DNA from: Nitrosopumilus sp. | GTDB lineage: Archaea; Thermoproteota; Nitrososphaeria; Nitrososphaerales; Nitrosopumilaceae | Direction of reading: 5' to 3' | Length of the DNA: 64,000 nt | Assembly: GCA_965218785.1 (NCBI GenBank) | Contig: OZ244650.1 | Coordinates: 960,001-1,024,000 of the forward strand | Shown here: one piece after another, positions 60,168 to 64,000 of the stretch | Layout of the letters: each line of letters begins with the position of its first letter | Position numbering within the stretch: the first letter of the stretch is position 1 | Made by a program: the position numbers and the translations under genes | Notes under the pieces: generated by a model | Database searches by the model: none | What the model was told of the DNA's origin: nothing | What the model saw: only the letters and a program-made list of their open reading frames with translations

Positions 60168-60389
60168 TATAAAAAAAGAAAAGGGTGGTTATGTATATTG
60201 CTTGCTCGAAACTGGTAAAGGGTTACCTCCTAGCCATAACATCAAATATTTTAGATCGAACTGATCTAAATATAATTGAGCACAAATTCTGACGATTACA
60301 GAAATCAAAATTTTTCAGGATGGGATTGCCCAACTAATCATCGCTGTTGATTAGTTCTTGAAAATTGAATGTTGACAAGTCAGAACAAG

Positions 60390-60665
60390 TTATACGCCTA
60401 AAAGTAAAGCTACTTTATCCACTTTTAGAAGTTTACGGGATTTACGTAGACCGCGTACGTCTTTGCGTAGTTGTTTGATTTTGGTAGGGGTTGTAACAAC
60501 AGTACCACCTACACAATATTTGGTATTTCGAATTTCGGTATTTGTGATAAAAGCCTCTGTGACTCCATCTACTTCTACCAAGGCATCTCGTAATCCTTTA
60601 CACTCATGCGGAGTACTCACACAATGAAGTAAAACTGTACCATCTACTAGTGTGTCTTTATGCAT
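60390..60665 (-). CDS. Small hypothetical protein, possibly ferredoxin-like (Lrp/AsnC ligand-binding-like) fold
   Basis: Beta-alpha-beta pattern GTVLLHC...LRDALVEVDGVTEAFIT. Possible GAGG ribosome-binding site upstream. Confidence 0.55.
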   Translation of the reverse strand: MHKDTLVDGTVLLHCVSTPHECKGLRDALVEVDGVTEAFITNTEIRNTKYCVGGTVVTTPTKIKQLRKDVRGLRKSRKLLKVDKVALLLGV

Positions 60666-60804
60666 GAAAACTACCTCGTTTGTTTATGGATCGATCAGGA
60701 TGATAAGATCTTTGATTTTTGCTTTTAAATTGAACAAATACGGTGTTGAGGCATAACATATCAAAACAACAACGGGGTATGATATAATTTTTTCATATGA
60801 TTCA

Positions 60805-60880
60805 TAGGACACTTCCAGATCCGCATTAATGGCATTTAGATCGGTTTAATCACAAAAATCGTCCTTATACTGAATCTAAT
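60805..60880 (-). mobile_element. Second copy of the IS66-type left-end region
   Basis: GGACACTTC.AGATCCGCATTAATGGCATTTAGATCGGTTT.ATCACAAAA matches 51292-51363. Confidence 0.75.
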
Positions 60881-60936
60881 CTCTTGCCAATAAGAGTACC
60901 AAATGTATAAATAAATTCAGCACTATAACTGGACAA

Positions 60937-61713
60937 ATGATATATACCAAAATAAAACATGCAGAAAAGATTCGAAAATTATGCAAATTACAAAGCATAA
61001 TGGCACATAAACAACACCCAGAAATCGGCTCTAGACTCGGCTTTCAAAAATACAGCAGATATTATTATGAATTAATAAAAAAATTACATAAAGAAAGAGT
61101 GCTAGATGAGAAAGGTGTTTTCGTTGATAATACAATTAATTTATGGTTAACAGAGTTATCTGGAATTTTATCACAAAAAGAGATAAAAGTTTTAGGCAGC
61201 AGGGTACCATTTTCAATATATCTTGATTTATTTCTAAATCCAATAAAAAAAAATCCAAGAGACATACATGACGAATTAAGATTAACACGCAGTTCAACAT
61301 ATTATGCAATTGAAAAACTTGAATCTGAAAATTTAATTGAAAGAACAGATTCCAAAGTCATTGTATCAGATAAACATGAATTTTTTAAATGGCTTACAAA
61401 GTATGTTGAATTATGTTTATCATATACGGATATTACAAAAGAAATTTTTATTTTGTTTGATCTGATGCCTGCATACATTGATGGTCCACAGGCGTTTTAC
61501 ATGGTAAATTATGAACCGGGAAGACCCATGGGAACCTCAAATATGATCATTAGAACACATAAACCATATGTAAAATTTTGGAAGTATGTCATAGATCATG
61601 TGAGCTATTTCAATAGATATCCTAAACAAATTACAGTATTGCCCATTGAAGGAAAAAATGAAATTATATGGATGGATGAAATACCATATGACAAAAATGC
61701 AAAAGAGGAATGA
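60937..61713 (+). CDS. AT-rich winged-HTH-containing protein
   Basis: PRDIHDELRLTRSSTYYAIEKLESENLIER HTH, followed by a PAYIDGPQAF domain. Confidence 0.75.
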   Translation: MIYTKIKHAEKIRKLCKLQSIMAHKQHPEIGSRLGFQKYSRYYYELIKKLHKERVLDEKGVFVDNTINLWLTELSGILSQKEIKVLGSRVPFSIYLDLFLNPIKKNPRDIHDELRLTRSSTYYAIEKLESENLIERTDSKVIVSDKHEFFKWLTKYVELCLSYTDITKEIFILFDLMPAYIDGPQAFYMVNYEPGRPMGTSNMIIRTHKPYVKFWKYVIDHVSYFNRYPKQITVLPIEGKNEIIWMDEIPYDKNAKEE

Positions 61714-62126
61714 TAATGACGATCAAAAGTTCATGAGATCAATATCTGAATTCTATTCAAATATTTTTCAACATCTAGGTAGAATTACACCTTCGTGTAT
61801 GTGGATTCAGTTTACCATACACTGGATGAACTAATCCTAGTGTTTGAGAGTATGATGAACTGATGGGAAAACATCTTTTGCTATTATATTTTGCAGTCTG
61901 CATTTTTGCCATGTCTGCCAGTTATCAGTTAACTTGCTGTAAAACAGACATTGGATTGACGTTTTAGTTGCGTGTATATGATGATGATGATAAGATGCCA
62001 TCTTACCCAGATTGATGCGCGTGCAGTTTATGAAATGACGTCTTCAGACCATACACCTGAATGTGACTGATACAACGGATCTGTTGGAAAATGATCAAAA
62101 AACTGCAAGATTTCAGCAAAAGATGC

Positions 62127-62309
62127 CTATCGTCTCTTTCTTCTTTGCCCTGGTTTGTTCTGACCTGGAAATCTTCCAAGAAGAAATCTCTTTTTAAAGT
62201 TGCCCTTGTTTCTGAGGCTGGAACTGGTGCCTACAATCTTTCTTCCTTCCACCTTTGGCGTCTGTCCCCTTACTTTTCCCGCCTTGGTAATAGAGCCGTG
62301 TGTTGCCAT
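62127..62309 (-). CDS. rps30e: 30S ribosomal protein S30e
   Basis: HGSITKAGKVRGQTPKV. Confidence 0.96.
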   Translation of the reverse strand: MATHGSITKAGKVRGQTPKVEGRKIVGTSSSLRNKGNFKKRFLLGRFPGQNKPGQRRKRR

Positions 62310-62960
62310 GATGATGAACCAAAATGAGTGAATTTATGTATTTGTATGACCTCAAGTTCCGATTGTGTGGGTTGACTGAAAGTTTTATGCAGTCGATGTC
62401 ATGCAGATCCTCGGCGTGCAGGCATGGTTTTTGATGCCTGCAGCAAAGAACTGGAATAAAAAAGGCGGTATCTGAACACTAGTGTCGGCAGTCCCGTATC
62501 CAAATATCATGAAAAACGTCGCGGGGGAAGAATTCGGATTCGAACTGATCATCGTGCCAAAAGACGGCATAAGAGAGAGGATATCACAAAAGAGGGCGAC
62601 AGGTATCCGGTGTTTGCGACAAATCACTTGTGACGGTGATGCCAATGTAATGGTGGTTCCACAGATGTACAGAGGGAATGGGGTATTGGGAACGGATACA
62701 AATGCAAAGGCAGTCCGATTCCGTACCATCAGCACAGACAGATCAGTTAGAACATTCTTGTTTTCATTTCCCTCCTTATTTACAACCTCGGGGTTTTTCT
62801 CAGGATTTACAATGGACACATTTGACTTGTAGACCTGTTGATGTTGATGAGTATTGCAGTACACCGTAGGACATGTTTCAAGACAGATCGCCGGATCCGC
62901 TGTGAGCGGGGTTGATCAAAAACACACAATCGGAACTTTTGTCCTTTCAGTGATTTTTCA

Positions 62961-63839
62961 TTAGTAACGTGTATTTTTCTTCAGATAGTTGTTGACAACC
63001 CACCTAACAAATCGATTCTCTTTTTTGTGCACCTGAGATGTTTCCAATGCTTTAAAATATGGATTGCGTTTTCCACTCTCCAAATTGATTAGCGGATATC
63101 CATGCTTCTTTAGTACAAAGTTCATCATAAGTCTGGATATTCTTCCGTTTCCATCTCTGAATGGATGTACTGTGACAAATCTCTGGTGTACAAGCGCAGC
63201 TAATAGTACGGGATGTATTTTATTTTTGTTTTCTTCATACCATCTAAAAAAACCATCAATCATTTTTCTGACAAGATATCCTGGAGGTGGACTGTATTCA
63301 CTTCCCCTTATGGCCACGTTTGTTGTACGAATTTTTCCCGCCTTTTCTGGTTCTGTGTCTTTTAGCAATTGTTTATGCCATTCTACAACCAGGTCTTCAC
63401 TAAGATCATTTTCATATTGCATCATCTCATCAAAGATTCTGTCATGAGCCTCCGTTTCTTTTATGTCGTACATTGGTTTTCCATTGGGAGAGAGTCCAGA
63501 TTCCAAAAGATCAATGGTTTCCTTGTATGTTAGTTTTGAGCCTTCAATTTTTTGTGTATCATAGTTGTATTTCATTGAAAATTGCTTGCTCTTTTTCTGC
63601 TGTTCTTCCTTAGTTAAGCTATCTTTTTCCTTTTTATAATTTTGACGTATCTGCTCCAAGGAAGACTCGTAATCTTCAAGATAGACTTCTCTTTCAAAGT
63701 CATCTTTTTGTTCATCAAGATCATCTGGGATAGTTAATCCCAAATACCTATCTCTCTGTTTTCTTCCACCTTTCCTAGAATCGTGGTATAGATAATAGTA
63801 GTACTTTTTACCTCTTTTTCTTTTTCTTACGCTTACCAT
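62961..63839 (-). CDS. Fic family protein
   Basis: Canonical HPFRDGNGRISR motif, inhibitory-type TQKIEGS motif, basic Tyr-rich N-terminal extension. Confidence 0.95.
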   Translation of the reverse strand: MVSVRKRKRGKKYYYYLYHDSRKGGRKQRDRYLGLTIPDDLDEQKDDFEREVYLEDYESSLEQIRQNYKKEKDSLTKEEQQKKSKQFSMKYNYDTQKIEGSKLTYKETIDLLESGLSPNGKPMYDIKETEAHDRIFDEMMQYENDLSEDLVVEWHKQLLKDTEPEKAGKIRTTNVAIRGSEYSPPPGYLVRKMIDGFFRWYEENKNKIHPVLLAALVHQRFVTVHPFRDGNGRISRLMMNFVLKKHGYPLINLESGKRNPYFKALETSQVHKKENRFVRWVVNNYLKKNTRY

Positions 63840-63845
63840 GTATTT

Positions 63846-63950
63846 ATTGTCCAGGATAAATTAATAAAACTTACTAATTTTTATTAAAACACCTAGGCAA
63901 GATTCATGCCTGATTGCACAGGATAAATCATAATCTGTCCAGGAATAATC
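63846..63950. promoter_or_regulatory. Three imperfect direct repeats upstream of fic
   Basis: TGTCCAGGATAAATT (63848), TGCACAGGATAAATC (63915), TGTCCAGGAATAATC (63936). Confidence 0.5.
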
Positions 63951-64000
63951 ATGGATTTTTATATATTTTTATTAAAACAAGTCCGATTGTTTGCAGTATC

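Noticed and set aside
62385-62864. 159-aa minus-strand ORF, perhaps a decayed membrane protein (MIFGYGT resembles CcdA/TauE-type motifs)
   Set aside because: No convincing start or overall family match, with competing ORFs on both strands.

Overview
64 kb of an archaeal chromosome, almost certainly a Nitrososphaerota (thaumarchaeal, Nitrosopumilaceae-like) ammonia oxidiser. Evidence: aRF1, Rpo4/RpoF, L21e, S30e, RadA, ND-AspRS with GatCAB, PurP, TTTAAATA boxes, and the thaumarchaeal IPxWIKxxAxxW domain. A housekeeping backbone (ilvD, prf1, cbtAB, phnDCE-type ABC transporter, purP, aspS, gatCAB, acyl-CoA synthetase, aminotransferase, tRNA-Ser, hemK-rsmA-DUF655-rpoF-rpl21e, rlmN, radA, rps30e) is interrupted by accessory DNA. 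About 17.7 kb encodes three paralogous giant surface proteins. Each has a variable beta-propeller head, a long stalk of 18-aa (54/108-bp) S-D-S-P repeats, a poly-Gly hinge, a shared Cys-pair domain, a Pro/acidic spacer and a shared DDRNIFE...SLFG C-terminal motif. Intergenic spaces hold many decayed genes that the ORF track misses: IS3/IS481-type and IS66-type transposase relics, two RelE-type toxin-antitoxin relics, two ATPase relics and frameshifted membrane proteins. Together with NHL-repeat expansion this suggests a host-associated lineage, such as a sponge symbiont (inference). Other notable items are a membrane protein with two exact PmoC/AmoC-type D-x3-H-x12-H motifs, tandem paralogues with a hypervariable Cys-bounded loop, a palindromic 16-bp operator array, and a motif shared by the regulator and phnD promoters. 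No CRISPR array, rRNA, intact integrase or reverse transcriptase was seen. All calls are by eye; no database search was run.
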